Positions 41,716-51,341 are shown, counted from the first letter of the stretch. The stretch: DNA of 64,000 nt from a virus (IMGVR_UViG_2568526086_000002:1489-65488); one strand, 5' to 3'. The notes: generated by a model not told the origin, from the letters alone. Program-made: numbers and translations.

Positions 41716-41961
41716 TTGGCAGAACGTGTTGATGATGCAGAGCTGAGCATGAATCAGTTAGAAGCTCTCAAAGACATGGCCATCGATAACATCAGAAAGC
41801 AGGCACAGGTCGTGAGCCAGGTATTTACAGGGAAGTGTCGTTACTGCAATGAATCGATTGAATCAGGCATTTATTGTGACGCTGAATGTGCGCAATGGCA
41901 CAGGGAAGAGCAGGCCGCAAAACAGCGTAAATATGGCATGCGACCGGCAGGATTTGACTGA
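41716..41961 (+). CDS. TraR/DksA-family C4 zinc-finger protein (81 aa)
   Basis: 'CRYCNESIESGIYCDAECAQW' is the C4 finger of phage TraR/DksA-like proteins. Confidence 0.75.
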   Translation: MAERVDDAELSMNQLEALKDMAIDNIRKQAQVVSQVFTGKCRYCNESIESGIYCDAECAQWHREEQAAKQRKYGMRPAGFD

Positions 41962-41963
41962 TT

Positions 41964-42542
41964 ATGTTGCGCTTTACTGAGGAAGAGTTTCAGGCTTTTA
42001 GTGAGCGTCGAAATAAGGGGCGGCCCAGGCCAAAAACCAAAAAGGATCCATTCTTATCGCTTGCGCCGGTAAAAGAAGTTTCTCCACATGCGAAGGCACT
42101 TGCAGCACTTGCAAAGAACCCAGACCTTCGCGACGGAAATTGCGAGCACTTCGAGCAGGTTTTCATTTTTGATTACTTCGAACGCAAGCACCCTGACATC
42201 TATGAGCTGTTGCATGCAACGCCTAACGGAGGGAAACGTTCAAAAGCAACCGCCGGGAAAATGAAGGCTGAAGGGCAGAAAAAAGGTTATCCGGACATGA
42301 GTCTCGATAAAGCATGCGGTATTTATCACGGCATGCGAATTGAGCTTAAAGAACCAAATGGTAAAGCCCCGACGAAAGAGCAGATCGCCTGGATGCGCAG
42401 GCTTAGAGAGGAAGGTTACTACGTCGTTCTTGCGTATGGTGCAGAACAAGCGATAACCGCCATCCTGGAATACATAAGCCTTAAAAAGGGTGAGGCTATT
42501 GAGCATGTATTGAACGGCGACAAGTGGTTGTATGCTGCTTAA
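41964..42542 (+). CDS. VRR-NUC domain nuclease (PD-(D/E)xK fold), 192 aa
   Basis: 'GYPDMSL...IELKEPNGK' has the D...ExK arrangement of VRR-NUC. Confidence 0.7.
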   Translation: MLRFTEEEFQAFSERRNKGRPRPKTKKDPFLSLAPVKEVSPHAKALAALAKNPDLRDGNCEHFEQVFIFDYFERKHPDIYELLHATPNGGKRSKATAGKMKAEGQKKGYPDMSLDKACGIYHGMRIELKEPNGKAPTKEQIAWMRRLREEGYYVVLAYGAEQAITAILEYISLKKGEAIEHVLNGDKWLYAA

Positions 42543-42608
42543 AATAATAAATTAATTAGTACATATGCGCCATTTGATATAGCGCACATTAACATCGGGA
42601 GAATAGTC

Positions 42609-42764
42609 GTGTCATCCAAGGCTAATTATGAATCGCTGGCATCGATCATGCCGCGTAATGAACAGGAAACAGATGCTGTAGTGGACCCTGTAATCGCTGA
42701 AATGAATGCTCGCCTGGAGGCTGAATTTGCAGCTGAGAATGAACATACCACCCAGGGCGACTAG
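42609..42764 (+). CDS. Small acidic ORF (51 aa, GTG start)
   Basis: ORF located by hand translation (VSSKANYESLASIMPRNEQETDAVVDPVIAEMNARLEAEFAAENEHTTQGD). Below the track cut-off. Confidence 0.3.
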   Translation: MSSKANYESLASIMPRNEQETDAVVDPVIAEMNARLEAEFAAENEHTTQGD

Positions 42765-43368
42765 GACTGTTTTTTGTGTCGGTAGCGGTCCGTCACTCAC
42801 TCGTGAGGACTGTGCTGCTATAGAAAAAACTGGCTGTTCAATCATCGCGGTTAACAATTCCTGGCAGATGTTCGATGACATTTATGCCTTATACGCCGGT
42901 GATTTGTCATGGTGGAAGCAATACGGATCCACCATACCGGGAGGGAGATTCCGCAAAGTGACAGCCAACCTGGCGGCGGCGAAATCATTTTCGTTGGAGT
43001 ACAGGCGATATTGTGGACCGGCGGAAGGGGTAAATAGCGGCGCGCAGGCTATCAGTCTGGCTGCTGAATCAGGGGCTGAAGTAGTGGTATTAGTCGGCTA
43101 TGACTGTTCTCTGCAAAACGGCCTTCATTGGCATGGCGCGCACCCTCAAGCCCTACGGAATCCAACGCAGGTGTCTATTTCAAAATGGCAACAGCAGTTC
43201 CTGGATACCCGCAAAAAACACGCAGATTTACATATTTTGAATGCAAGTAGGAGCAGTGCAATTCAATGTTTCCCAAGAATAAATTTAGAGGCAGTGATCG
43301 CGTTATTATCGTCGGCAGTGGCCCAAGCGCCGCAAACTTTGTTGCGCCGCGCGGAGTGCCGATTATAG
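42739..43368 (+). CDS. Rossmann-like protein with an N-terminal 'VGSGPS' motif, paralogue 1 (about 210 aa). The start is ambiguous between 42706 and 42739.
   Basis: Shares the 'V(F/I)(C/I)VGSGPS...IIAVN...SG..A..LA...G...V.LVG.D' architecture with the next gene. Reminiscent of GT42/DUF115-type nucleotide-sugar binding folds. Confidence 0.55.
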   Translation: MNIPPRATRTVFCVGSGPSLTREDCAAIEKTGCSIIAVNNSWQMFDDIYALYAGDLSWWKQYGSTIPGGRFRKVTANLAAAKSFSLEYRRYCGPAEGVNSGAQAISLAAESGAEVVVLVGYDCSLQNGLHWHGAHPQALRNPTQVSISKWQQQFLDTRKKHADLHILNASRSSAIQCFPRINLEAVIALLSSAVAQAPQTLLRRAECRL

Positions 43369-43892
43369 CGGTCAATGGGGCCATCGACTGGCTGAACCGC
43401 GCTTCTTATTTTTTCACACTTGATCCATCGCCAGACAATATGCGGCGCGTTGGTCGTGGCCGCCGTCGCCGTGGTGTTTGTTATTGCATGGCACTACCCG
43501 ATGTTAAAGAACGTGAAGTCAGAGACGGCGTTCTGTGCTTCCGTCGTGTGGCTGAACGTGGCATGGAGCCAAAAAATACGAATTCTCCCGAGTGGTGGGC
43601 GTGGCGCTGGTCCGCACATTTCGGACTTTGCGAAGATGAGAATGAAATTGCCAGCGGCAATAGTGCATATGGCGCTCTGAACCTGGCTTTCCATATCGGA
43701 TTCAAACATGTCGCCCTGGTGGGCGTTGACGCTACACAAGAACCACGCGTTCACTCCGGCGGCACGCCAAAAAATCTAAGTCACCTGCCTTTGTTATTCC
43801 AGTCTGCGCGTGAACGGATTGACGTTGTTTCATGCGGGAAAATGGGAGGTATTCCGCAGATGACTCTTAAAGAATGGCTGAAGAATACATGA
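43266..43892 (+). CDS. Rossmann-like 'VGSGPS' protein, paralogue 2 (208 aa)
   Basis: Paralogous to the preceding gene. Contains an Arg-rich insert ([11 protein letters not shown]). Confidence 0.55.
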   Translation: MFPKNKFRGSDRVIIVGSGPSAANFVAPRGVPIIAVNGAIDWLNRASYFFTLDPSPDNMRRVGRGRRRRGVCYCMALPDVKEREVRDGVLCFRRVAERGMEPKNTNSPEWWAWRWSAHFGLCEDENEIASGNSAYGALNLAFHIGFKHVALVGVDATQEPRVHSGGTPKNLSHLPLLFQSARERIDVVSCGKMGGIPQMTLKEWLKNT

Positions 43893-44566
43893 TGGCACCC
43901 ACAATTTATCACCGTATCGACGGTACCAAATACAGGAATGTCTGGGTTGTTGGTGATCTGCATGGTTGCTACACCAGACTGATGTCCGAACTCCATCGTG
44001 TGGATTTTGACCCGGCGCAGGATTTACTGATATCGGTCGGCGACCTTATCGATCGCGGTACTGAAAATGTCGAATGTCTGGAACTATTGCAGATGCCCTG
44101 GTTCAGGGCAGTGATGGGGAACCATGAGCGGCTGATGATTGATGCGTTAAGTCCAGATGGCAACGTGAATAACTGGCTAATGAATGGCGGACAATGGTTC
44201 TTCATGCTGGACACTGATCAGGAAATATTAGCCTGGGCGCTGGTGGAGCTGGTAAAGCGTCTGCCCTATATCATTGAGTTGAACACCGGGCAAGAAACTA
44301 TCGTTATAGCCCATGCCGACTATCCGGATAATGAATACCAATTCGGTAAGGAGGTGCCGCTTTTCAACGTTGTCTGGGCGCGCGAGCGTATCAGTGATTC
44401 GATGGATGATATTGGTGGCGAAATTTCGGGCGCAGATCGTTTTATCTTTGGTCACACTCCGGTGAAAAGCCCGAAGACATTCTGGAATCAGCAGTATATC
44501 GACACTGGTGCCGTATTTTGCGGAAACCTGACATTGATGAAAGTGAAAGGTGATGGTGCAGCATGA
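43874..44566 (+). CDS. ppp: Ser/Thr protein phosphatase, lambda-PPase/NinI family (230 aa)
   Basis: Metallophosphatase motifs GDLHG, GDLIDRG and GNHE are all present. Confidence 0.9.
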   Translation: MAEEYMMAPTIYHRIDGTKYRNVWVVGDLHGCYTRLMSELHRVDFDPAQDLLISVGDLIDRGTENVECLELLQMPWFRAVMGNHERLMIDALSPDGNVNNWLMNGGQWFFMLDTDQEILAWALVELVKRLPYIIELNTGQETIVIAHADYPDNEYQFGKEVPLFNVVWARERISDSMDDIGGEISGADRFIFGHTPVKSPKTFWNQQYIDTGAVFCGNLTLMKVKGDGAA

Positions 44567-45264
44567 AGATTGCTTTAGTTTTTCGCTCTGGTGGTGACTA
44601 TAACGCTTCCGATGTGCAGTGGCTGGTTAATCAACTGCCAAAAGGCTATGAAATTATTTGCCTGACAGACCTGAAGCGTTTACATGTACCTGGCGTCAAA
44701 GTTGTCCCATTGATCAACCAGTGGCAAAAGTGCCGTGGCTGGTGGGCGAAAATCGAGTTGTTCCGACCGGATATAACCGATGATCTGTTCTATCTGGATT
44801 TGGACACGGTTATTGCCGGTGATATACGCCCAATCCTAGAGCATCCACCAACCAGCTTCACCATGCTTAGGGATTTTTACCATCCACAATATCGTGGCAG
44901 CGGTGCCCTGTGGATACCAAATAGTGTTAAAGCGCATATCTGGAGTGCATTCTGGCAAGATCCGGAAGGTTGGATTTCTCGTTGTGTCACTACTGAGTGT
45001 TGGGGTGACCAGGGGTTCTTACGAAAGGTTATGGGCGATGATACACCAGCATTTCAGGATCTGTATCCGGGATGGTTTGTAAGTTACAAGGCCGATGTTG
45101 TGGAACCTGGTTCGAAATATGCGAGCGCGCGTTACTCCAGGGGGAATGGGGCATTACCAAAAGACTGCCGAATAATCTTTTTCCACGGCAAACCGCGACC
45201 TCGCGAAGTGTCAGAGGATTGGCTTCCCCTTATCAGCTCATTTTTTGAGCGAGCATCAGAATAA
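44563..45264 (+). CDS. Glycosyltransferase-like protein with a DxD motif (GT-A fold), 233 aa
   Basis: '[11 protein letters not shown]' DxD motif in a beta-strand context. Translationally coupled to ppp. Confidence 0.55.
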   Translation: MKIALVFRSGGDYNASDVQWLVNQLPKGYEIICLTDLKRLHVPGVKVVPLINQWQKCRGWWAKIELFRPDITDDLFYLDLDTVIAGDIRPILEHPPTSFTMLRDFYHPQYRGSGALWIPNSVKAHIWSAFWQDPEGWISRCVTTECWGDQGFLRKVMGDDTPAFQDLYPGWFVSYKADVVEPGSKYASARYSRGNGALPKDCRIIFFHGKPRPREVSEDWLPLISSFFERASE

Positions 45265-45265
45265 T

Positions 45266-45332
45266 ATTGCTCTAATAATTCCATATTTTTAAAACGTGAT
45301 GTACACTCATCACGTTTTTTATTAGAGCAATC
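45266..45332. promoter_or_regulatory. Two inverted C1-operator-like sites (ATTGCTCTAATAATTCC at 45266..45282; GATTGCTCTAATAAAAAA on the minus strand at 45316..45332) flanking a terminator hairpin (aaaacgtgatg-tacact-catcacgtttttt)
   Basis: Read directly from the sequence. Confidence 0.7.
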
Positions 45333-45345
45333 TACAAGGTGCACT

Positions 45346-45564
45346 ATGTGGCCATTCCGACGGAAATATCACTACTGGCTGATCGCCTTTGTTACGCCGA
45401 CCGGCGGTATCAGGCATGTCATCACCAGGTATCGCAACAAGAGACTCACCTTAGCCAGAATTTTACAGGCTGCCATAGGTGAGGGACTGGATACAAATTG
45501 CGTAGTCCTTCCACCTTCATACTTAGGAAAAATGACCGAAGCACAAGCTAATACGGAACTTTGA
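45346..45564 (+). CDS. Hypothetical protein (72 aa)
   Basis: ORF following the operator. Confidence 0.4.
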   Translation: MWPFRRKYHYWLIAFVTPTGGIRHVITRYRNKRLTLARILQAAIGEGLDTNCVVLPPSYLGKMTEAQANTEL

Positions 45565-45565
45565 A

Positions 45566-46828
45566 ATGAGCACTTCAGCACAAAACCAATCAATCGAAAA
45601 TGTATCTATCCCTGATGTCCTGAATGCCGGTATCCCGGCCATTATCCAGAACATCCGGGCCGCGCAACGCCGCGTTAGTTGTGATGACCTCACAGCACGT
45701 TTTTTTGATAATGCGGTTCAGTCAGCGGAGATGCTTCACGCACAGCTTATTGATGTTTATAACGCAGAAGCTGATAGCCATAACTCCCTGGTCGATGCAG
45801 CTGAAAATATGCAGTTGGATCTCGGTCTGAAGGGTAAAGAAATTGAAGAGCTTCAGCTGCAAATTGAACATTTGAAACGCCAGCAACAGGACGCGATCGA
45901 CGATGCGACGCATGACGCCAACCAGCGTGCTGATAATGCCGAACGTATAAGCATTGAGCTGGAAACAAAACTCAATGAAATGACCGCGATGGTTGAACTG
46001 CGGAACTCACAGATTTCAACGCTAAAATCTCAATATAAAGAGATCATGAAACTTGATCCTTTTAACCTTGAGAAACGCTATAACAAAGCTAAAAGCGAGC
46101 GACAGGAACTGCGTAAGCAGGTCGCCGACCTTAACCAACAGCTCAAAAAAACTATTAAAGATGCAAGCGAAGCGCGCGTGGCATTTGCTAATAAAAAAGC
46201 AGAGGTTACCGCGCTGGTTAATGAGAATGCCAAATTTGCGACGCTCAAGAAGGAAATGTATGGCATTACTGAGCGCCGTTTCCCTGCAAGCAAACTTCAC
46301 CCGACGTTAGGGCAAATCTCCTTCTTCCCGCGCCTCCTGGCTTATGGGATCTCATCGCCTAAAGAGTTCAATAACGAGCGTCCTTATATCGTTTCTAAGC
46401 TGGACTTTGCTTATCAGTTCTGCTGCGACATGGGCTATGCCATTGATATCCGGATCAACGAATGGTTGATGCCAAACTTCCAGCCGTTGGCCATTTTCCG
46501 CGAGTTCCAGCCGGAAGGTTGGGTAGAGTTCTTCCATGAATTGATCTGTAAAGAGATGGAAAGCCGCCGCCCGGAACTGGTCCGTCGAGTTGAGTGGGCG
46601 CAAGAGGTTATGTTGGCAGATGCAGAGCTGCCGTTCGAACCGGAATTCATTGATGATCTGGCAACTAAAGGGCTGCATACCCTGTTTGATGTGGTTACCC
46701 GCCGTCATGAGCAGTTGGTTGTCGAATTGAGTTTAGAGGAAACTGCGGCAAGAAGACTTCTCGATGTTTGCTATGCACGTAGCGATGCATGGGAAAAAGA
46801 GAACGGCGGCACTATTTACGTTCGCTGA
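45566..46828 (+). CDS. Coiled-coil protein (420 aa)
   Basis: Long heptad-rich N-terminal half and a globular C-terminal half. Confidence 0.6.
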   Translation: MSTSAQNQSIENVSIPDVLNAGIPAIIQNIRAAQRRVSCDDLTARFFDNAVQSAEMLHAQLIDVYNAEADSHNSLVDAAENMQLDLGLKGKEIEELQLQIEHLKRQQQDAIDDATHDANQRADNAERISIELETKLNEMTAMVELRNSQISTLKSQYKEIMKLDPFNLEKRYNKAKSERQELRKQVADLNQQLKKTIKDASEARVAFANKKAEVTALVNENAKFATLKKEMYGITERRFPASKLHPTLGQISFFPRLLAYGISSPKEFNNERPYIVSKLDFAYQFCCDMGYAIDIRINEWLMPNFQPLAIFREFQPEGWVEFFHELICKEMESRRPELVRRVEWAQEVMLADAELPFEPEFIDDLATKGLHTLFDVVTRRHEQLVVELSLEETAARRLLDVCYARSDAWEKENGGTIYVR

Positions 46829-46901
46829 TAGTTACAGTGTCACTTTTAATGCTGGTGGAGTGCGTCCCACCAGCATTTTTTTCGTCCAATGAGGAGGGCA
46901 T

Positions 46902-47408
46902 TTGAGTATTTTCAATAAACACGCACACCAGGAACGTCCGTATATCGTCATAGTCGATATTGATGGAACAATATCGGAGGCAACGGAAGACAGACTGCAT
47001 TTGCTTCCGCCACCAGGTAAAGGTGCATTAACAAAGGACTGGAACGAGTTTAATCTCGCCTGTGACACTGATACTCCCATAACTCCAGTTATTGATATTG
47101 TGCGCCAGTTATTTAACGTTTACACGGTCTGGTTTGTAACCGGGCGCTGTGAGATCGCAAGGGATAAAACACGAGCCTGGCTGCGGAAGTACGTAACAAA
47201 CGGGGCTGAGCCTTTGCTATCTATGCGTCCTGCCACCGATGACAGAAATGACGGCCCAGCAAAGATTGATCTCCTTAAGAAAATTGGTCTAAGTAAAATC
47301 GCGTTCGCGCTGGAAGATAAGATTGAAGTGGCGCGTGTTTTCAGGAGACACGGCGTGCTTACGTTAATGGTCAGGGAGTATGAAAATGCGCTTCTTCATC
47401 AGCAGTAA
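46902..47408 (+). CDS. pap: HAD-superfamily phosphatase (P1 Pap-like), 168 aa
   Basis: HAD motif I 'IVIVDIDGTI' plus a downstream lysine and Asp pair. The size matches P1 pap. Confidence 0.7.
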   Translation: MSIFNKHAHQERPYIVIVDIDGTISEATEDRLHLLPPPGKGALTKDWNEFNLACDTDTPITPVIDIVRQLFNVYTVWFVTGRCEIARDKTRAWLRKYVTNGAEPLLSMRPATDDRNDGPAKIDLLKKIGLSKIAFALEDKIEVARVFRRHGVLTLMVREYENALLHQQ

Positions 47409-47423
47409 TTGCTCTAATAAATC
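47407..47423. promoter_or_regulatory. C1 operator (ATTGCTCTAATAAATCT) overlapping the pap stop
   Basis: 15/17 match. Followed by 'cttgatttttaaag', a sequence also found after the operator at 63943. Confidence 0.75.
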
Positions 47424-47506
47424 TTGATTTTTAAAGCAGGGAAAGTGAAAATAAAAACATGCCGCAAGGCGCGGCATGTATCTAATCAATCACAGGAGCT
47501 GAAAAT

Positions 47507-47593
47507 ATGAACACGGCATTCAAAATCATTATGGCCGCGATCTATTTCTGGCTGTTCTCTATCACTTTTGGCGGCATCGTCGCGCATGGGTAA
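47507..47593 (+). CDS. Tiny hydrophobic peptide (28 aa) with a strong SD (CAGGAG-N8-ATG)
   Basis: MNTAFKIIMAAIYFWLFSITFGGIVAHG is a single TM helix. Confidence 0.3.
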   Translation: MNTAFKIIMAAIYFWLFSITFGGIVAHG

Positions 47594-47602
47594 GGGGGAT
47601 GC

Positions 47603-48328
47603 ATGAAAGGCGAAGTGAAAGAGCGCGGCATGATTTTCAACGATGAGATGGTCCGGGCCATCCTCGAAGGAAGGAAAACGCAGACGCGGCGGATAATGAA
47701 AAATCAGCCTGCGGAAGTTGGTCCAGAAGCACCAGTGATGGTTAGAAAAATTGGTGCAGGTTTTCAGTGGTACGGGGCTGATGGTGTAAGCAGTGTTTTC
47801 AATTGCCCCTTTGGTATCGTCGGCGATCGAATTTGGGTTCGTGAAACATGGGCGATATTAGGCAATGAGGATGGTTGCAGTGTGGACTGGAACGACAACC
47901 TTTGTCGTGGCGATGAGAAGAGCGCAGCAAGGATTTATCGGGCCAGTTGTGAGCAAAAGCCTGGTGATTACGGCTTATGGTCGATACCCGATGATGCCGA
48001 CTGGAAACCTCACACTGTGAATGAAAAGTTTGATGGTGGGTGGCGTCCATCAATTCACATGCCGCGATGGGCATCACGCATTCTGTTGGAAATTACCAAC
48101 GTGCGCGTTGAGCGGTTGAACGATATCAGCGAATGCGATGCAGGGGCTGAGGGCGTTCCGCCTGCTGGAAGTTTGCTTCCTGATTACCCGGGAACATTCC
48201 TTACTCCCAATGGGGACTTCGCAATGGCAAAGGTTGCGTTCCAGCGTCTGTGGGAGTCCATCTACGGCGAAGAAAGCTGGAGTGCTAATCCCTGGGTTTG
48301 GGTAATCGAGTTTGAGCGTATTCAGTAG
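47603..48328 (+). CDS. ASCH-like/PUA-fold domain protein (241 aa)
   Basis: N-terminal 'MIFNDEMVRAILEGRKTQTRR' matches the GxKxxExR-type ASCH signature. Confidence 0.55.
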   Translation: MKGEVKERGMIFNDEMVRAILEGRKTQTRRIMKNQPAEVGPEAPVMVRKIGAGFQWYGADGVSSVFNCPFGIVGDRIWVRETWAILGNEDGCSVDWNDNLCRGDEKSAARIYRASCEQKPGDYGLWSIPDDADWKPHTVNEKFDGGWRPSIHMPRWASRILLEITNVRVERLNDISECDAGAEGVPPAGSLLPDYPGTFLTPNGDFAMAKVAFQRLWESIYGEESWSANPWVWVIEFERIQ

Positions 48329-48337
48329 GGCGAGCGT

Positions 48338-48559
48338 ATGCAATCAGTTATTTGTGAGGAAGTCGGCCTGAATAAAGCATCCCCAGCAGAGTTAAGAGCA
48401 AGTCTCGAAATGGCGCATAGCCTTGCTCAAATTGGTGTCAGGTTTGTACCAATTCCAGTTGAAACAGATGAAGAATTTCACAGGTTAGCGGTATCGGCAG
48501 CACAAAAGCTGGAAATCATGGCAGCGAAAGTAGAGAAAGCTGAAGGAGCGACAAAATGA
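48338..48559 (+). CDS. Hypothetical protein (73 aa)
   Basis: ORF, coupled to the next. Confidence 0.5.
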   Translation: MQSVICEEVGLNKASPAELRASLEMAHSLAQIGVRFVPIPVETDEEFHRLAVSAAQKLEIMAAKVEKAEGATK

Positions 48560-48771
48560 GCAAGCCAACCGACGAAGAAATAGTTCGGGTGTTGGAAGAA
48601 CACGGGCGCTGTATGACTTACGTCGTGACCAACTGGCTTAGGGATAAATATCGCACACTCAAAACGGCATACGTTTTGCGTCGTCTAAAGAAACTGGAGT
48701 TCGACGGGAAAGTAAAGCGCGTTAACAGTTCTTATATAAGACAAATTTGCTGGGAGGCGACCAGTGAATAA
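48556..48771 (+). CDS. Hypothetical protein (71 aa), possible winged-helix
   Basis: ORF, coupled. Confidence 0.5.
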   Translation: MSKPTDEEIVRVLEEHGRCMTYVVTNWLRDKYRTLKTAYVLRRLKKLEFDGKVKRVNSSYIRQICWEATSE

Positions 48772-49408
48772 CCGCTTTTACATGATGTGCTTGCGTGAAA
48801 CTGTGGGTAATAACGCCTCATTCCATTGCCATAACGGCAATGGTTACAGTTCTGATATCGATCGCGCTCATGTTTACACGCTGGAAGAAGCCCAAAAAGC
48901 CTGGAATTGTGGTCGAGATATCGATCAGCCTGTTTGCGCTGATAGCGTGGATGCAATGGCTGTGTGGCACGTTGATTGCCAGTACATCCCTACAGAAAGC
49001 CTGATTGAGTCAGATTGCACTGCGTATGTGGCCTACAAAAAAGGTAGCTGGAACGGCAACGATGTTTACTGGCTTCAACACGGTGGATTGCCAACCGATG
49101 ACTTCAGTAAAGCGACCATCTTTTGCGTCGCCAACAAAAACGAACCAGGAATAGTTTGGTTGCCATTTTCCATTGCTGATGCAGTAAAGCGCCGGACGTT
49201 CAATATCAATAACTTTAACCGCAGAACAATGGTTCAGGGCGCAGGTTTGGTCATGCCTGACTGGTTGAAAGAGCAGAACAGAAGAAAGAAGTCGCGAAGC
49301 GGGAAGGTGCGTTGGAATTGTCCGCATTGCGGAAAAATCACCTGGCAGTACAGCCCATATGATTTTGAAGGCTGTCGTGATTACAACTGTGAAGGATGGC
49401 GAGAATGA
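48764..49408 (+). CDS. Cys-rich hypothetical protein (214 aa) with a C-terminal CPHCG...C...C motif
   Basis: ORF. Possible Zn-ribbon 'CPHCGKITWQYSPYDFEGCRDYNCEGW'. Confidence 0.55.
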   Translation: MNNRFYMMCLRETVGNNASFHCHNGNGYSSDIDRAHVYTLEEAQKAWNCGRDIDQPVCADSVDAMAVWHVDCQYIPTESLIESDCTAYVAYKKGSWNGNDVYWLQHGGLPTDDFSKATIFCVANKNEPGIVWLPFSIADAVKRRTFNINNFNRRTMVQGAGLVMPDWLKEQNRRKKSRSGKVRWNCPHCGKITWQYSPYDFEGCRDYNCEGWRE

Positions 49409-49587
49409 CAATTGACTATCAAGAACTGCGCGAGGCAGCGGAACAGGCAACGCAAGATGAATGGGTAGCATATATTTTGCCGGGTCATAACGGCATTTAT
49501 CCTGCGCGCACGTCTGAGGGTAGGCATTGTGCGGATACTTTATTGACTGGCCTGGCGTCTGTCAGGGGCGGGAGAGCATCAACATGA
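49396..49587 (+). pseudogene. Truncated Ead/Ea22-like N-terminal fragment (63 aa)
   Basis: Starts 'MTIDYQELREAAEQATQDEW', the same N-terminal signature as the full-length gene at 50045, but terminates after 63 aa. Confidence 0.4.
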
Positions 49588-50048
49588 GCATCAGAACCTA
49601 CGCAGTGAATTGCAATGACGCATGGCTAAACACCGAAGGTGATGACATCTCCGGCTCATACGTTAAGTACAAAGACCATCAGGAAGTGGTTGCCGCTCTT
49701 GAGGCCAAGTGCGCGGCGCTGGCAGTGGAGAATGAGCTGGCTCGTAAGGCAGTTCAGGCATTCTGCGATGTTGTTGGCGACAACACTGAGGTTATCGCTG
49801 AGGTGGTTGGGCGAGATGGCGTTCTGGTTATTTTGAAGGCCATGAAGGCAACAGGAAATATGTCAGCCACCGACGCTTTCCTGTCTGAAGTACGGGCGCA
49901 GGGTGTGGAGATGTTTGCACAGTGGTGTAGAGGTGAGCGCGATTTTACTCTCATTGATGAGGATGTTGCTGATGCAGCGGCTTATGAAGAATGCGTAAAA
50001 AGAGCTGAATATTTCGCCGCCCAGCTTCGCAAAGGAGGCAAACAGTGA
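49584..50048 (+). CDS. Hypothetical protein (154 aa)
   Basis: ORF (MSIRTYAVNCNDAW...) within the ea-type island. Confidence 0.5.
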   Translation: MSIRTYAVNCNDAWLNTEGDDISGSYVKYKDHQEVVAALEAKCAALAVENELARKAVQAFCDVVGDNTEVIAEVVGRDGVLVILKAMKATGNMSATDAFLSEVRAQGVEMFAQWCRGERDFTLIDEDVADAAAYEECVKRAEYFAAQLRKGGKQ

Positions 50049-50806
50049 GCAAGATTGACTATCAGGCACTGCGTGAGGCGGCAGAGAAGGCTACGAAAGG
50101 TAAGTGGGCTGTTGAATTCGACGATGAGATTTACTCCACTGACGGCATAAACCATGAGCAAATAGCTATGGTGTTCAGTGAAAACGAATCTCGTGATGCT
50201 GAATTCATCGCCGCAGCCAATCCGGCTACCGTCTTGGCGCTTCTGGATGAACGGGAAAGAAACCAGCAATACATAAAACGCCGCGATCAGGAGAACGAGG
50301 ATATTGCGCTAACGGTAGGGAAGCTGAGAGTTGAGCTTGAGGAAGTAAAACAACACGCTGAAGAATTATCCGAAACCAAGGCTGTTCGTAACCAATGGCG
50401 GCCAGATATTTGCCCAATAACCGGACGTGCATTTTTCATGTGGATTGAGCATCCAACATTGGGAAATGTGCCGACATATGGTGGCCCATTAGATAGTTAC
50501 ACCATTCCAACAAAGGACGGTGACGGTGAGTTTTCATGTGAGCGTTACGATCATGATTTTGGCGGTTGGGTAGAAAGCGAATGTCTTGGGTTATATCTGA
50601 TTGATGATAGAGAACAATGCAGGGTCTACGAACTGGAGGAACGCGTTAAGGAACTGGATGCTCGGGAAATATCGCTCCCGGAACGTAGCAGCATGCTTCA
50701 TCGAACAGATTTTCACGATGATTACCAAACGGTAATGGCATACAAAGTTTCTGAAGTCATCGCTGCAATCCGCGCCGCAGGCATTCGCATCAAAGGAGGT
50801 GAGTAA
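50045..50806 (+). CDS. Ead/Ea22-like protein (253 aa)
   Basis: N-terminal 'IDYQALREAAEKATKGKW' signature and coiled-coil middle typical of lambdoid Ead/Ea22-family proteins. Confidence 0.7.
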   Translation: MSKIDYQALREAAEKATKGKWAVEFDDEIYSTDGINHEQIAMVFSENESRDAEFIAAANPATVLALLDERERNQQYIKRRDQENEDIALTVGKLRVELEEVKQHAEELSETKAVRNQWRPDICPITGRAFFMWIEHPTLGNVPTYGGPLDSYTIPTKDGDGEFSCERYDHDFGGWVESECLGLYLIDDREQCRVYELEERVKELDAREISLPERSSMLHRTDFHDDYQTVMAYKVSEVIAAIRAAGIRIKGGE

Positions 50807-50982
50807 TGCGTGTGGCATGTATCGGCTTGTTACCGTACCCGACTCGTTTTTGGGCTTCTGCGCTAATTGCAAAGCCGTATGTCCTGATGGCTGACAACAT
50901 CATCCCGGCACCAAAGCGCCGCCATACCGGTATTGCAGCGGCACGACGAGCAGCAAAGAGACGCAGGAGAGCAAAGCGATGA
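50806..50982 (+). CDS. Small basic ORF (58 aa), first of three tandem overlapping mini-genes
   Basis: Hand translation. Arg/Lys-rich tail (RRAAKRRRRAKR). ATGA overlap with the next ORF. Confidence 0.3.
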   Translation: MRVACIGLLPYPTRFWASALIAKPYVLMADNIIPAPKRRHTGIAAARRAAKRRRRAKR

Positions 50983-51155
50983 AAAACCGTAAGGCAAAAC
51001 GACTTTTTTTACAGCGACCTGTGCGTGTGGTGGAGCTGGTTATTAGCAACCATAAGATAGCGGTACTCCATCCATTTGGTCAGGTGGCTTTTGCCGCAAA
51101 GCGTAAGCCTACTGCGTCACAGAACAGGCGGAAGAAAGGGAACGCTGTAAGATGA
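50979..51155 (+). CDS. Small basic ORF (58 aa) starting MKNRKAKRLFL
   Basis: Paralogous N-terminus to the next ORF. ATGA overlaps on both sides. Confidence 0.35.
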   Translation: MKNRKAKRLFLQRPVRVVELVISNHKIAVLHPFGQVAFAAKRKPTASQNRRKKGNAVR

Positions 51156-51340
51156 AAAACCGTAAAGCAAAGATTCTGTTAGTTCGTAGAAACGCTCCTG
51201 GCGTCTGGCAGTGGGTGAGACTCAGCAACCGACGGATGGGGTTGATGAAATATTACGGGATGATGGATTGTGGTTTTTGCAAAAAGCCCAGCGCGGCGCA
51301 AAACCGCTGGAAAAACCACTTGCGCACTAAAGGAGAGTGA
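51152..51340 (+). CDS. Small basic ORF (62 aa) starting MKNRKAKILLV
   Basis: Present in the ORF track. Paralogue of the previous mini-ORF. Confidence 0.4.
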   Translation: MKNRKAKILLVRRNAPGVWQWVRLSNRRMGLMKYYGMMDCGFCKKPSAAQNRWKNHLRTKGE

Positions 51341-51341
51341 T

